Notes: generated by a model from the sequence alone, not told the origin. Counted from the first letter of the stretch, positions 9,462 to 18,902 are shown. The stretch: DNA of 64,000 nucleotides from Moraxellaceae bacterium (GCA_004173455.1 SECL01000007.1:22107-86106), one strand, 5' to 3'. Program-made: numbers and translations.

Positions 9462-10100
9462 TTGGTCAATGTAATGCAAGACGATATTTCAGGTTGGAAC
9501 GAGTGGGAAGCCGCTTTTAATGATATTCCCGAGCTGGCAAGCCCCAGCGAGCTGCATGGCGTGGTAATGGGCATTGTGTCAGTGGCACAGGCACCGACTG
9601 AGGAAGAGTGGCAGTATATCCTGCAACAGCTAGATTTTGCGCCGCTAGAGGTCAATGCCTTGCAGTTGTTGACGGATGAAGCAGAAGACGCTGCTGCTGC
9701 ACTGGCCGATGATAGCCTTGATTATATGCCCATGCTACCGGATGACCAGCACACACTAGAAGAACGAGTGCAGTGTCTGGCTGACTGGTGTAATGGGGTG
9801 GTGCTGGGTTTTGGCTTGGCATCTGGCCAGTTGCGTAACGATGAGTCTGAATTGTTACAAGATTTGCAGGATGTGGCTGCGGTTGAGTTTGAGGCCAGCG
9901 ACGATGATGAAGAGGGTGAAGCCAGTTATGCCGATCTGGTGGAATTTGTGCGCCTGATTCCAGTGAGCCTTGCTATGGGTCGCCAGAAACAGGCGGTGGC
10001 TGATACGGCAATTTTCAAAAGCAAGGCATCGTCTGCCAAGCTGGTGCAGGATGATAATATTTCCATTGTGGACATGTTCACACCAGAGCGCCCGTCCTAA
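9462..10100 (+). CDS. ygfB: UPF0149 (YgfB/YecA) family protein
   Basis: SPSELHGVVMG, LADWCNGVVLGFGL, DLVEFVR; conserved position before pepP. Confidence 0.85.
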   Translation: MVNVMQDDISGWNEWEAAFNDIPELASPSELHGVVMGIVSVAQAPTEEEWQYILQQLDFAPLEVNALQLLTDEAEDAAAALADDSLDYMPMLPDDQHTLEERVQCLADWCNGVVLGFGLASGQLRNDESELLQDLQDVAAVEFEASDDDEEGEASYADLVEFVRLIPVSLAMGRQKQAVADTAIFKSKASSAKLVQDDNISIVDMFTPERPS

Positions 10101-10249
10101 TCACGGACGGCTGATTTTTGATGGCTATTTTAAAATAGCTGCCTTAAACATGCTTTAACGCGATTTGGTTTTGCATTCATGCCTAAAGCATGGTAATGAA
10201 TTAAAGCTGTTTCAATTTATGTAAATTATTTTTTGAAAATAAAAGACTT

Positions 10250-11560
10250 ATGACTTTAGCCCGCCAACAGCCCTTTGCCAGTCGCCGCGCCCGCCTATTA
10301 CAACACATGGGTGATGATGCCATTGCCATTATTGGCACGCGCGCAGAAATGTACCGTAACCGCGATGCTGACTATCGGTTCCGTGCCGATAGCAGCTTTT
10401 ATTATTTAACCGGTTTTGCCGAGCCTGAAGCGATGGCAGTTATTCAAAGTGGCAGTGAGCAGCCTTACACGCTGTTTTGTCGTGAACGCAACCGTGAAAT
10501 GGAAATCTGGAACGGTTTACGCGCGGGTACGGAAGGCGCAGTGAGTCAGTATGCAGCCGATCAGGCCTTTACCATTGAGCAGCTAGACGAGCAAATCATT
10601 GCTTTGCTGAGTGGTAAAAAACGCCTGTATGTGCGGCTAGGTCAGGACGAAGCTTTTGATTTACGTATCATAGGCTGGCTAAAGAAAATTGCGGCCAACC
10701 AGCGTCAGGGCGGGCAAGCGCCTATCGAAATTATTCAGCTCGATTCTTTGCTGGATGAAATGCGCCTGTTTAAGGATGTACATGAAATTGACTTAATGCG
10801 TCGTGCTGCACACATCAGTGCACAGGCGCATGTGCGTGCCATGCAAACTGTTAAGCCGAACATGATGGAATATGCACTGGAAGCAGAAGTGCTGTATGTG
10901 ATGCAAAAAAATGGCTGCCAGACCGCATATAACAGTATTGTGGGTGGCGGCGCCAATGGCTGCATTTTGCATTATGTGGAAAACAACCAAACCTTAAAAG
11001 ACGGTGATTTAGTGCTGATTGATGCGGGTGCTGAGCTGGATCATTATGCGGCAGATATTACCCGTACTTTTCCGGTCAATGGCACGTTTTCGCCTGAACA
11101 AAAAGCCTTGTATAAGCTGGTATTAAAGGCCCAGCTTGCAGCCATTGAAGCCACGATTCCTGGCAATCATTACCGTGTGCCGCATGAAACAGCAGTAAAA
11201 ATATTGACCACAGGGCTGGTTGAGCTAGGCTTGTTGCAAGGTGACGTTGAAGAATTAATTGCCAACGAAGCCTACCGCCAGTTTTATATGCATGGTACGG
11301 GGCACTGGCTGGGCATGGACGTGCATGATGTCGGCAGCTATAAATTAAACAATGAATGGCGGCCTTATCAAGCCGGCATGGTGGTCACGGTTGAACCCGG
11401 CCTGTACATTGCTCCAGATGATGAAACCGTTGAGGCACGCTGGCGTGGCATTGGTATTCGTATTGAGGATGATGTGCTGGTGACTGGCAGCGGCAATGAA
11501 GTCTTAACCAAAGACGTGCCAAAAACCGTGGAAGAGATTGAAAAATTGATGGGCAAATAA
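10250..11560 (+). CDS. pepP: Xaa-Pro aminopeptidase
   Basis: DAGAELDHYAADITRTFP, HGTGHWLGMDVHDVG, TVEPGLY, GIRIEDD. Confidence 0.97.
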   Translation: MTLARQQPFASRRARLLQHMGDDAIAIIGTRAEMYRNRDADYRFRADSSFYYLTGFAEPEAMAVIQSGSEQPYTLFCRERNREMEIWNGLRAGTEGAVSQYAADQAFTIEQLDEQIIALLSGKKRLYVRLGQDEAFDLRIIGWLKKIAANQRQGGQAPIEIIQLDSLLDEMRLFKDVHEIDLMRRAAHISAQAHVRAMQTVKPNMMEYALEAEVLYVMQKNGCQTAYNSIVGGGANGCILHYVENNQTLKDGDLVLIDAGAELDHYAADITRTFPVNGTFSPEQKALYKLVLKAQLAAIEATIPGNHYRVPHETAVKILTTGLVELGLLQGDVEELIANEAYRQFYMHGTGHWLGMDVHDVGSYKLNNEWRPYQAGMVVTVEPGLYIAPDDETVEARWRGIGIRIEDDVLVTGSGNEVLTKDVPKTVEEIEKLMGK

Positions 11561-11590
11561 GAAATTGATAAAAAATATTGGAAAATAGAT

Positions 11591-12292
11591 ATGAGTGGTT
11601 TTATTGCAGGAACCTTGATAAAGGTAAAAGAAGACAAAAATTTACCGTTGGAGTGGTGGAAGCCAATTGAACAGCTTCAGGTTGGCGATTTGGTTTTGTC
11701 TAGGCCAGATACTGATGAAGATATTCAGGACTATAAGCCAGTGGTTAAAACCTTTAAATATACAAAAAAAGAGATTTGGGCGTTAAGAGTCTATGATCTT
11801 GTGGATGACATCACTACTGAGCAGCCAGGCTTATCAACTTATTTTGTTACACTGAACCATCCTGTGTGGAAATGTGGAACAGCTTCATCTTCTCTGGAAA
11901 AACAAAGCTTTAAGAAAGCTACAGGTCACTGGTTACGTGTAGATCAGCTGTTAGAGGGAGATGTAATCAAGGGTGTAAATAATAATTTATATCTAGTAGG
12001 TCAAACTACTCCATTGTATCAATTAAAAGACTCAACTTTGGCTTGGTTACCTAGTAATGATGAATATCGTATAGGTGAGTCATATGGTCATGTTATTAAT
12101 TTAAATGAATTAACTACTAGTAAGGTTGGTTTAGTACGCACTGGTAAAGGCTGCAATAATTATTACCTTGATGAAAACGAAGAGCATATTCCCTATGCTG
12201 TAGAGATTTATAATATTGAAGTTGCGGATTTCTATACTTATTGTGTAGGAATGGATGGCATATGGGTACAAAATGCAAATTTTCTGGATTAA
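11591..12292 (+). CDS. Stand-alone Hint (intein-like, polymorphic-toxin PT-HINT/BIL type) domain protein
   Basis: GFIAGTLI (block A), KPIEQLQVGDLVLSR, VTLNHPVW (TxxH block B), IYNIEVADFYTYCVG (block F), GIWVQN (block G); visibly AT-richer than its flanks. Confidence 0.85.
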   Translation: MSGFIAGTLIKVKEDKNLPLEWWKPIEQLQVGDLVLSRPDTDEDIQDYKPVVKTFKYTKKEIWALRVYDLVDDITTEQPGLSTYFVTLNHPVWKCGTASSSLEKQSFKKATGHWLRVDQLLEGDVIKGVNNNLYLVGQTTPLYQLKDSTLAWLPSNDEYRIGESYGHVINLNELTTSKVGLVRTGKGCNNYYLDENEEHIPYAVEIYNIEVADFYTYCVGMDGIWVQNANFLD

Positions 12293-12307
12293 CAAGGAAC
12301 TAAAGTA

Positions 12308-13549
12308 ATGCAGCAACCCATATTAATTGTCGGCGGTGGAATGGTCGGCCTAAGCCTTGCGCTAATGCTGGCACGACAAGGTATTGCCATTCGTTTGCTG
12401 GAAGCGGTGAAGTATCCTGAAACTACAGCAACTGAACCAACGACGTACCATTCCAGTTTTGATGCGCGCAATACGGCTTTGTCACGCCGTACGGTGCAGA
12501 TTTTTAGCGAGCTTGGACTGTGGGAAAAGCTGTCGCAACATGCCACGCCCATTTTACAGGTGAATATTAGCGAGCAGGGCGGTTTTGGCAAGGCGCGTTT
12601 GCAGGCTCATGAAGAAAAAGTCGAAAGCTTTGGTCAAGTGATTGAAAACGCCTGGCTGGGTCGTGTGCTCTTAAGTGAAGTACGTGCCAATGTCAATATT
12701 GAACTGGTGGATGGCATTCAGGTCACGTCCCTGCAACAGGATGCAGACAAAGTATGGGTTAGCGCGCAGCGTGGCAGTGATCAGCAAGGCAGCGAGCAAT
12801 TAGAGTTTCAGTCCAATTTGCTGATTGCTGCCGATGGTCGTGATTCATTTTGTCGCAAAGCACTCGGTATTGGCGTGGATGAACATGATTATCAGCAAGT
12901 GGCGATTGTGACCACAGTACAAACCAGTAAGCCGCATGGGCAAGTGGCCTTTGAGCGGTTTAGTAAAAATGGGCCACTGGCACTATTGCCGTTGCCAGCG
13001 ATCACTGGCCAGCAGGACAGCTATCGCCGCTCTGTAGTGTGGACGGTCGAAAAAGGCACCGAAGCTCAGTGGCTCGGCGAATCTAATGACCAGCCGTTTT
13101 TACAGGCCTTACAGCACACCTATGGCAACCGCGCTGGGGAATTTACCAAAACCGGCAAGCGTTTTGCCTATCCGTTGTCACAGGTATTGGCACATAGTCA
13201 GGTATCTGGTCGCGTGGTGCTAATGGGCAATGCCGCCCACACCTTGCATCCGGTAGCAGGTCAGGGCTTTAACCTGTGCATGCGCGATGCGCACGTACTG
13301 ACCCGTTACCTCGCTGAGCAATATCAGGCCGGACAGGACATGGGTGACAATGCCCGTCTCAAGCAATATGAGCAAGCACGCCTGAGCGACCAGAAACGTG
13401 TAATCCGGTTTTGTGATAGCGTGGTGCGTGGCTTTTCCAACCAGAATCCATTGCTGAAGCTAGCGCGCAATACTGGTCTTATGGCTTTTGAGGTTATTCC
13501 CGGCGCCAAGCAACTGGTAGCCACCTATGCGATGGGCTTAAAGGTTTAA
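12308..13549 (+). CDS. ubiH: 2-octaprenyl-6-methoxyphenol hydroxylase
   Basis: GGGMVG FAD motif, FDARNTALS, GNAAHTLHPVAGQGFNL; follows pepP. Confidence 0.9.
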   Translation: MQQPILIVGGGMVGLSLALMLARQGIAIRLLEAVKYPETTATEPTTYHSSFDARNTALSRRTVQIFSELGLWEKLSQHATPILQVNISEQGGFGKARLQAHEEKVESFGQVIENAWLGRVLLSEVRANVNIELVDGIQVTSLQQDADKVWVSAQRGSDQQGSEQLEFQSNLLIAADGRDSFCRKALGIGVDEHDYQQVAIVTTVQTSKPHGQVAFERFSKNGPLALLPLPAITGQQDSYRRSVVWTVEKGTEAQWLGESNDQPFLQALQHTYGNRAGEFTKTGKRFAYPLSQVLAHSQVSGRVVLMGNAAHTLHPVAGQGFNLCMRDAHVLTRYLAEQYQAGQDMGDNARLKQYEQARLSDQKRVIRFCDSVVRGFSNQNPLLKLARNTGLMAFEVIPGAKQLVATYAMGLKV

Positions 13550-13593
13550 GTCTGACGCAAGTTCAAAATTTTAAAATATGATGGGATAAAAGC

Positions 13594-14856
13594 ATGTCGG
13601 ATCAGCCGCAACTTGAACAGGTCGTGATTATTGGTGGTGGACTGGTGGGTGGTTTATGCGCGCTACTGCTGGCCAAGGCTGGAATTCAACCTATCGTACT
13701 TGATGCTGCACCTGAGTTAGACGATGCCATTTTGCAACGGCGGGATGCCCGGGTACTGGCCTTAAGTCCTGCGACCATCAGCCTATTGCAGCAAACGGAA
13801 GTATGGCCGCATATTCAGCGCAAGGCAGATTACTATGGGATGCAGGTGTGGTCACGCGATGGCTACGGCAGTTTGGAGTTTGGCAAAACAGACAGTACTG
13901 CACCATGCACGCCACAGGATTTACTCGGCAGTATGGTCGAGCCAAGTGTGCTGGGACTGGCCATTCAGCAGGAACTAAAAGCCCAGATTACACAATATCA
14001 TACTCAAGTGCGGGTGCAGCGTATTGAGCCATTTGGGCAGTACTGGCAAATTACCTTGTGTGATGGCCAGCAGTTTAATACGGCGTTGCTGATTGGGGCA
14101 GACGGTGCTAATTCGTTAGTCAGAAAAATGGCAGGCATTGGCGTGGATGTACTGGATTACCAGCAAACCGCCATTAGTTGTGCCATTAAAACTGAAAAAC
14201 CGCACCAGCAGATTGCCCGGCAAGTTTTTTTGCCTACCGGGCCTTTGGCATTTTTGCCGATGACTGATATTGCGACCACTCATTTGAACAAAAATGAAGC
14301 CGCTGGACATTGGCAATCGGTGGTGTGGACGCTGCCAGAGCAAGATGCAGAAGAACTCAACCAGCTCAGTGATGCCGATTTTTTAAAAGCAATTACCCAT
14401 GCCAGTGGCCACATGCTAGGACAGGTAACAATTGTAGAGTCCCGTGCAGCATTTCCACTGGCCGCCAGACAAGCTGATCGCTACGTGCTACCGCATCTGG
14501 CATTGATTGGCGATGCAGCCCATGTGGTACATCCATTGGCGGGTCAGGGCGTTAATCTGGGCTGTCTTGATGCTGCCTTGCTAGTGGATAGTTTAATGCG
14601 TGATGCGGAGCGTGGACTGTGGGCACATTGGCAAACCCTAAACCGCTATGAGGTCAAACGACGCACGCACAATAGCCTGATGATGCATAGTTTTTCTGGT
14701 CTTAGCTGGTTGCAAGGCAGTCAGTTAAAAGCCGTCCAATGGTTACGAAGTGAGGGCATGCATGTAGTGGCTAACAATCCGTTATTACTGAATATATTTA
14801 CTGAACAAGCCAGTGGTAAATCTGCAATAAAAGATACGAGATATGATCAGTACTAG
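13594..14856 (+). CDS. ubiI: UbiI/UbiF-family FAD-dependent monooxygenase (ubiquinone biosynthesis)
   Basis: GGGLVG, GADGANS, GDAAHVVHPLAGQGVNLG; follows ubiH. Confidence 0.75.
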   Translation: MSDQPQLEQVVIIGGGLVGGLCALLLAKAGIQPIVLDAAPELDDAILQRRDARVLALSPATISLLQQTEVWPHIQRKADYYGMQVWSRDGYGSLEFGKTDSTAPCTPQDLLGSMVEPSVLGLAIQQELKAQITQYHTQVRVQRIEPFGQYWQITLCDGQQFNTALLIGADGANSLVRKMAGIGVDVLDYQQTAISCAIKTEKPHQQIARQVFLPTGPLAFLPMTDIATTHLNKNEAAGHWQSVVWTLPEQDAEELNQLSDADFLKAITHASGHMLGQVTIVESRAAFPLAARQADRYVLPHLALIGDAAHVVHPLAGQGVNLGCLDAALLVDSLMRDAERGLWAHWQTLNRYEVKRRTHNSLMMHSFSGLSWLQGSQLKAVQWLRSEGMHVVANNPLLLNIFTEQASGKSAIKDTRYDQY

Positions 14857-15022
14857 CGTTTAGGTTACTATTTACCCATGTTTTGTTGAACCGCTTAAAA
14901 AAATAGCAAGTTATTGTCACCACCACTAGCAAGGATATTTCGGGATTGCTACAGTTAGCAAAATTCTTGGGCAACAACAAGCTTAAGAAACCGGACTAAT
15001 TTCAAGATGTGCATTAGGGGTA

Positions 15023-15304
15023 ATGACAATGACTATTGATCACGACGATGACTACGATAACGCCGACAGTGATGTAGAAGGAGTAGATGTTGATGAAACT
15101 GAAACGGTATCTACCAGTACCGCAGGTAGCGATAGTGCTGAAGACACGCCAAGTCTAACTGATGCTGATCTGGCGGAAGCGGAAAGCCTCACTGTGACAG
15201 CCAAGCAATCCATTCGCCAGCAACTGGAAGATGAAGTTGCACGCTTTTTGGCACAAGGTGGCCGAATTACTGAAGTTCCTACCGATGAAAGCGTCCATGA
15301 GTAA
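15023..15304 (+). CDS. Acidic RNA-polymerase-binding transcription factor (SutA/AtfA-like)
   Basis: D/E-rich disordered N-terminus followed by AKQSIRQQLEDEVARFLAQGGRITEVP, resembling the SutA core helix (…EEFLxRGGKVQEI). Confidence 0.7.
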   Translation: MTMTIDHDDDYDNADSDVEGVDVDETETVSTSTAGSDSAEDTPSLTDADLAEAESLTVTAKQSIRQQLEDEVARFLAQGGRITEVPTDESVHE

Positions 15305-15325
15305 TCCGCTCATAAAAGAGTAGTC

Positions 15326-15358
15326 AAAAAAAAGCCTATGTCATTGCATAGGCTTTTT
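15326..15358. terminator. Bidirectional intrinsic terminator
   Basis: AAAAAGCCTATG-tcattg-CATAGGCTTTTT between converging genes. Confidence 0.8.
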
Positions 15359-15420
15359 GGGTAGCGACTGAATTAAAGTTCAGTCAGCAAGCCATAAATT
15401 CTAATAAGAGTCTTAGTAGA

Positions 15421-15801
15421 TTAAGCCACCTGAACCGGAATAACATTGGTGGTGTGATTAACCGTATTGTCCGGGTTGGCATAGACCAAACGTGGCTTAT
15501 AGGATTTCAGCTCGACTTCGGTATAAACCCCAAACGCCGCAATAATAATCAGATCGCCAACATCCGCATGATGTGCTGCTCCACCATTGACTGAAATAAT
15601 GCCGGAGTTATCTTCACCTCGAATGGCGTAGGTGGTAAACCGCTTGCCATTGGTGACGTTCCAGACCTGAATTTGTTCGTATTCCAGTAAACCAGCCAGA
15701 TCCATCAGTTTGCCATCAATGGCGCACGAACCTTCATAATGTAACTCAGCATGGGTCACAACCGCACGGTGAATTTTACATTTAAGCATATGAGTTTGCA
15801 T
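15421..15801 (-). CDS. panD: Aspartate 1-decarboxylase
   Basis: [17 protein letters not shown] autocleavage site, [14 protein letters not shown]. Confidence 0.97.
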   Translation of the reverse strand: MQTHMLKCKIHRAVVTHAELHYEGSCAIDGKLMDLAGLLEYEQIQVWNVTNGKRFTTYAIRGEDNSGIISVNGGAAHHADVGDLIIIAAFGVYTEVELKSYKPRLVYANPDNTVNHTTNVIPVQVA

Positions 15802-15904
15802 GGCAAATGTCTCCTGAGGAGTAGGGTAACCAACGCTGGCAAAATATCAGCCGTTTGAGGCACCAGATATTGAGCAGAAGCTTGTTCCACTTTGAAACGG
15901 CGAC

Positions 15905-15933
15905 ATTTTGCCGTGTTCAAGGCGGGGCTGCAA
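15905..15933 (-). promoter_or_regulatory. Candidate sigma70 promoter for panD
   Basis: TTGCAG-17 bp-CAAAAT on the minus strand, about 100 nt upstream of the ATG. Confidence 0.35.
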
Positions 15934-16063
15934 GTAATTTGTGAGGATAATCACAAAATCCTGAGACTAAGGGTGAATGACGTGACGGATGTAATATCAG
16001 AATAAACGAGAATTTTAGGCTGTATGGTTAGTCGTTGCTTGTCTTCGTCGAAAAAATATTCTC

Positions 16064-16127
16064 GCGAAACAATGTTTGTCATCTCTTGCGCTCGGGGCAA
16101 GCAATGCTTGTCTTATCCTCACTCAGG
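16064..16127 (+). repeat. Double-hairpin repeat element, copy A
   Basis: CTTGCGCTCGG-GGCAAGC-AAT-GCTTGTC-TTAT-CCTCACTCAGG (16085-16127), preceded by an AAAC-AAT-GTTT hairpin; overlaps the pth stop codon. Confidence 0.8.
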
Positions 16128-16704
16128 CTGACTTGAACGCATTCAGCTGGTTCATGGCCTTAGCCACGTCACCATTAACCAATAGATGGGTTTGCTGTAG
16201 GGCTTGTTCAATGGCCTGATCAAATAAATTTTGTTCGGCAGCGGGTGCTTTACCCAATACATGCCCAGTGACTTTTTCACGCGAACCCGGATGGCCAATG
16301 CCAATACGCAGTCGGTGAAAGTCAGCCCCAATATGCGGCACAATATCGCGTAAGCCATTATGACCGCCATGTCCACCGCCTATTTTTAAGCGAATAGTAC
16401 CCGCAGGCATATCAAGCTCATCATGGGCAATAAGAATTTGCTGAACAGGAATCTGAAAAAATTTAACAAAAGGCGCAACCGATTGCCCAGAACGATTCAT
16501 AAAGGTAGTAGGCAGCAATAACCTGACTTCCTGTCCTTCAATCGTGCCGCGACCGGAGATCCCAAAAAAACGTGGATCGTTTTTAAGACTAATGCGGTAC
16601 TGGTCGGCCAGTTGCTGAACGTACCAGAAGCCCGCATTATGACGGGTCTGGGCATATTCCGAACCCGGATTGCCCAGCCCGACAATGAGTGACAATTTAT
16701 TCAA
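16123..16704 (-). CDS. pth: Peptidyl-tRNA hydrolase
   Basis: GLGNPG..Y..TRHNAGF, PTTFMNRSG, HDELD, GGHGGHNGL. Confidence 0.98.
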   Translation of the reverse strand: MNKLSLIVGLGNPGSEYAQTRHNAGFWYVQQLADQYRISLKNDPRFFGISGRGTIEGQEVRLLLPTTFMNRSGQSVAPFVKFFQIPVQQILIAHDELDMPAGTIRLKIGGGHGGHNGLRDIVPHIGADFHRLRIGIGHPGSREKVTGHVLGKAPAAEQNLFDQAIEQALQQTHLLVNGDVAKAMNQLNAFKSA

Positions 16705-16735
16705 TGGTCTGACTCAAAGAGGATGAATAACGGAC

Positions 16736-17347
16736 TTATTCAGCAGCGTCATCATCTTTAGTTGCACCACCCGCTGGCGCATGGATGTTAGCAATCGCGT
16801 TGTCATGGCTGGCACCTTGTTCTAGCGCAGCGATTTTTACGCCTTCTGGCAGTTTGATGTCGGACAAGTGAACCACAGTGCCGACTTCAACATTTACCAA
16901 ATCCACTTCAATGAACTCAGGCAAGTTACCTGGCAAAGTAATGATTTCAACTTCGTTGGCAATAATGGAAACAATACCACCTTGTTGCTTCACGCCAATT
17001 GCATTTTCCTGATTAGTGAAATGCAATGGAACACGAACATTAATGGTATGCGTCGCATCAACACGCAGGAAGTCAGCATGCATTGGGAAGTTTTTGGCTG
17101 GGTGACGTTGCAATGCTTTTAAAATCACTTGTTGCGCTTGGCCATCAACGGTCAAGTTAACAATATGAGAGTAAAACGCTTCGCTTTCCAGCACTTTAAC
17201 CAAATCTTTAAAAGAAATGGAAATGCTTTGTGGCGCTTGCTCACCACCATAAATTACGGCAGGTACCAGATTGGCGTGACGCAGGCGGCGGCTCGCACCC
17301 TTCCCTTGCTGATCACGTGCTACGGCATTTAAGTTAAAATCGGTCAT
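16736..17347 (-). CDS. rplY: 50S ribosomal protein L25 (CTC type, long form)
   Basis: GKGASRRLRH, VPAVIYG, LQRHP...HADF plus C-terminal CTC domain. Confidence 0.97.
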   Translation of the reverse strand: MTDFNLNAVARDQQGKGASRRLRHANLVPAVIYGGEQAPQSISISFKDLVKVLESEAFYSHIVNLTVDGQAQQVILKALQRHPAKNFPMHADFLRVDATHTINVRVPLHFTNQENAIGVKQQGGIVSIIANEVEIITLPGNLPEFIEVDLVNVEVGTVVHLSDIKLPEGVKIAALEQGASHDNAIANIHAPAGGATKDDDAAE

Positions 17348-17475
17348 GATATGTCCTAACGGTTAAAAAAGCTAAACTTGCGACCAGTTCAGCTGGGATT
17401 TTTTGCCATAAAAAACAGCTTTACGGCAAAACAAAAATTTTAAATTTGACTTGCAAATATCAATAGTGATTGCAA

Positions 17476-18429
17476 TTAGATGCTTTCATCAAACATGGCA
17501 CTGATAGATTCTTCGTTATTAATACGACGAACGGTTTCAGCCACCATAGCCGATACAGACACCTGACGAATCTTAGGGCAGGCTTCAGCTGCCGCAGACA
17601 GGGGAATAGTATCTGTCACCACCAGCTCATCAATCACCGAGTTTTCAAGATTGCTAATGGCGGGGCCAGATAATACCGGATGGGTACAATAAGCCACTAC
17701 GCGACGCGCACCAAATTTTTTCAACGCTTCAGCCGCTTTGCACAGTGTCCCAGCGGTGTCTACCATGTCATCCACAATTACACAATCACGGCCTGACACA
17801 TCACCAATAATGTGCATAACCTGAGATTCATTGGCTTTTGGACGACGTTTGTCAATAATGGCCAGATCCACGTCACCCATTTGCTTGGCAATCGCACGCG
17901 CACGCACCACACCGCCAATATCAGGGGAGACTACAATCAGGTTGTCATATTGTTGCTGACGCAGATCGGCCAGCAAAATGGGCGAGCCATAAATGTTGTC
18001 AACTGGAATATCAAAGAAGCCCTGAATCTGGTCGGCATGCAGATCAATCATCACCACGCGGTCAATCCCGACGGTGGTGAGCATATCGGCCACGACTTTA
18101 GCAGTAATAGGAACGCGGGCAGAACGCGGACGGCGATCCTGACGCGCATAACCAAAATAGGGAATCACTGCAGTAATACGGCCAGCACTGGAACGACGCA
18201 ATGCATCGGCCATGACTAGTACTTCCATCAGATTATCGTTGGTAGGACTACAGGTGGGCTGTACGATAAAAACGTCTTTGCCACGCACATTTTCAGTAAT
18301 TTCGACTGCAATCTCACCATCAGAAAACCGGTTCACAATGGCAGAACCAAGGGGCACATGAAGGTGGCTGACGACTTTGTGTGCCAGAGCAGGATGGGCA
18401 TTTCCACTAAAAACGACGAGATTGGGCAT
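17476..18429 (-). CDS. prs: Ribose-phosphate pyrophosphokinase
   Basis: [37 protein letters not shown]. Confidence 0.98.
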   Translation of the reverse strand: MPNLVVFSGNAHPALAHKVVSHLHVPLGSAIVNRFSDGEIAVEITENVRGKDVFIVQPTCSPTNDNLMEVLVMADALRRSSAGRITAVIPYFGYARQDRRPRSARVPITAKVVADMLTTVGIDRVVMIDLHADQIQGFFDIPVDNIYGSPILLADLRQQQYDNLIVVSPDIGGVVRARAIAKQMGDVDLAIIDKRRPKANESQVMHIIGDVSGRDCVIVDDMVDTAGTLCKAAEALKKFGARRVVAYCTHPVLSGPAISNLENSVIDELVVTDTIPLSAAAEACPKIRQVSVSAMVAETVRRINNEESISAMFDESI

Positions 18430-18435
18430 GTAACA

Positions 18436-18500
18436 CCTGAGCGAGGTTAAAGCGAAGCACTGCTCCGCCCGAGCGCAAGGGAAAAATCTATGATTTTTCC
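18436..18500 (-). repeat. Double-hairpin repeat element, copy B
   Basis: Minus strand GGAAAAATC-ATA-GATTTTTC-CCTTGCGCTCGG-GCGGAGC-AGT-GCTTCGC-TTTAACCTCGCTCAGG, ending just before the prs ATG. Confidence 0.85.
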
Positions 18501-18504
18501 TTAA

Positions 18505-18556
18505 AGGTTAAAGCGAAGCTTTACAAAACAATGTTTCTCATGTGTCTAAGCGCAAG
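18505..18556 (-). repeat. Double-hairpin repeat element, degenerate copy C
   Basis: Minus strand CTTGCGCTTAG...GCTTCGCTTTAACCT; shares a 15-bp exact block (18505-18519 = 18444-18458) with copy B. Confidence 0.6.
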
Positions 18557-18786
18557 ACCTTGCGACCCAATGGGTGGCATATGTTCGAGTGCGAGGTTGA
18601 ATCTCGCATTGCATTAAGGCTTTATTCTGAGAAACATGATTTCAAAAAAGGTTTCAAGAAAAAGATTTCAAAGAAAACCAAAGCCTATAATTTTTAGCAA
18701 TTATGCCAAAACAGGATTACCAATAGCAATTTTGCTATAGGAAAAGCTATTTTCCTAACGGCAAGCTAAAAGCATTTTATAAAATA

Positions 18787-18861
18787 TGGCAGGGGCGGCT
18801 GGATTCGAACCAACGGATGCCGAGATCAAAACCCGGTGCCTTACCACTTGGCGACGCCCCT
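18787..18861 (-). tRNA. tRNA-Gln(TTG)
   Basis: Cloverleaf AGGGGCG/CGCCCCT, loop TTTTGAT, TTCGAAT, encoded CCA. Confidence 0.97.
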
Positions 18862-18873
18862 AAGACGGCGGAA

Positions 18874-18902
18874 ACTATAGTGTTATTGCTGCAAACTGTC
18901 AA
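18874..18902 (-). promoter_or_regulatory. Sigma70 promoter between the two tRNA-Gln genes
   Basis: TTGACA-17 bp-TATAGT on the minus strand. Confidence 0.75.

Noticed and set aside
17348-17475. Possible L25 autoregulatory leader upstream of rplY
   Set aside because: A GGTCGC motif and hairpin are present, but I cannot confirm the model without a covariance search; such leaders are already known.
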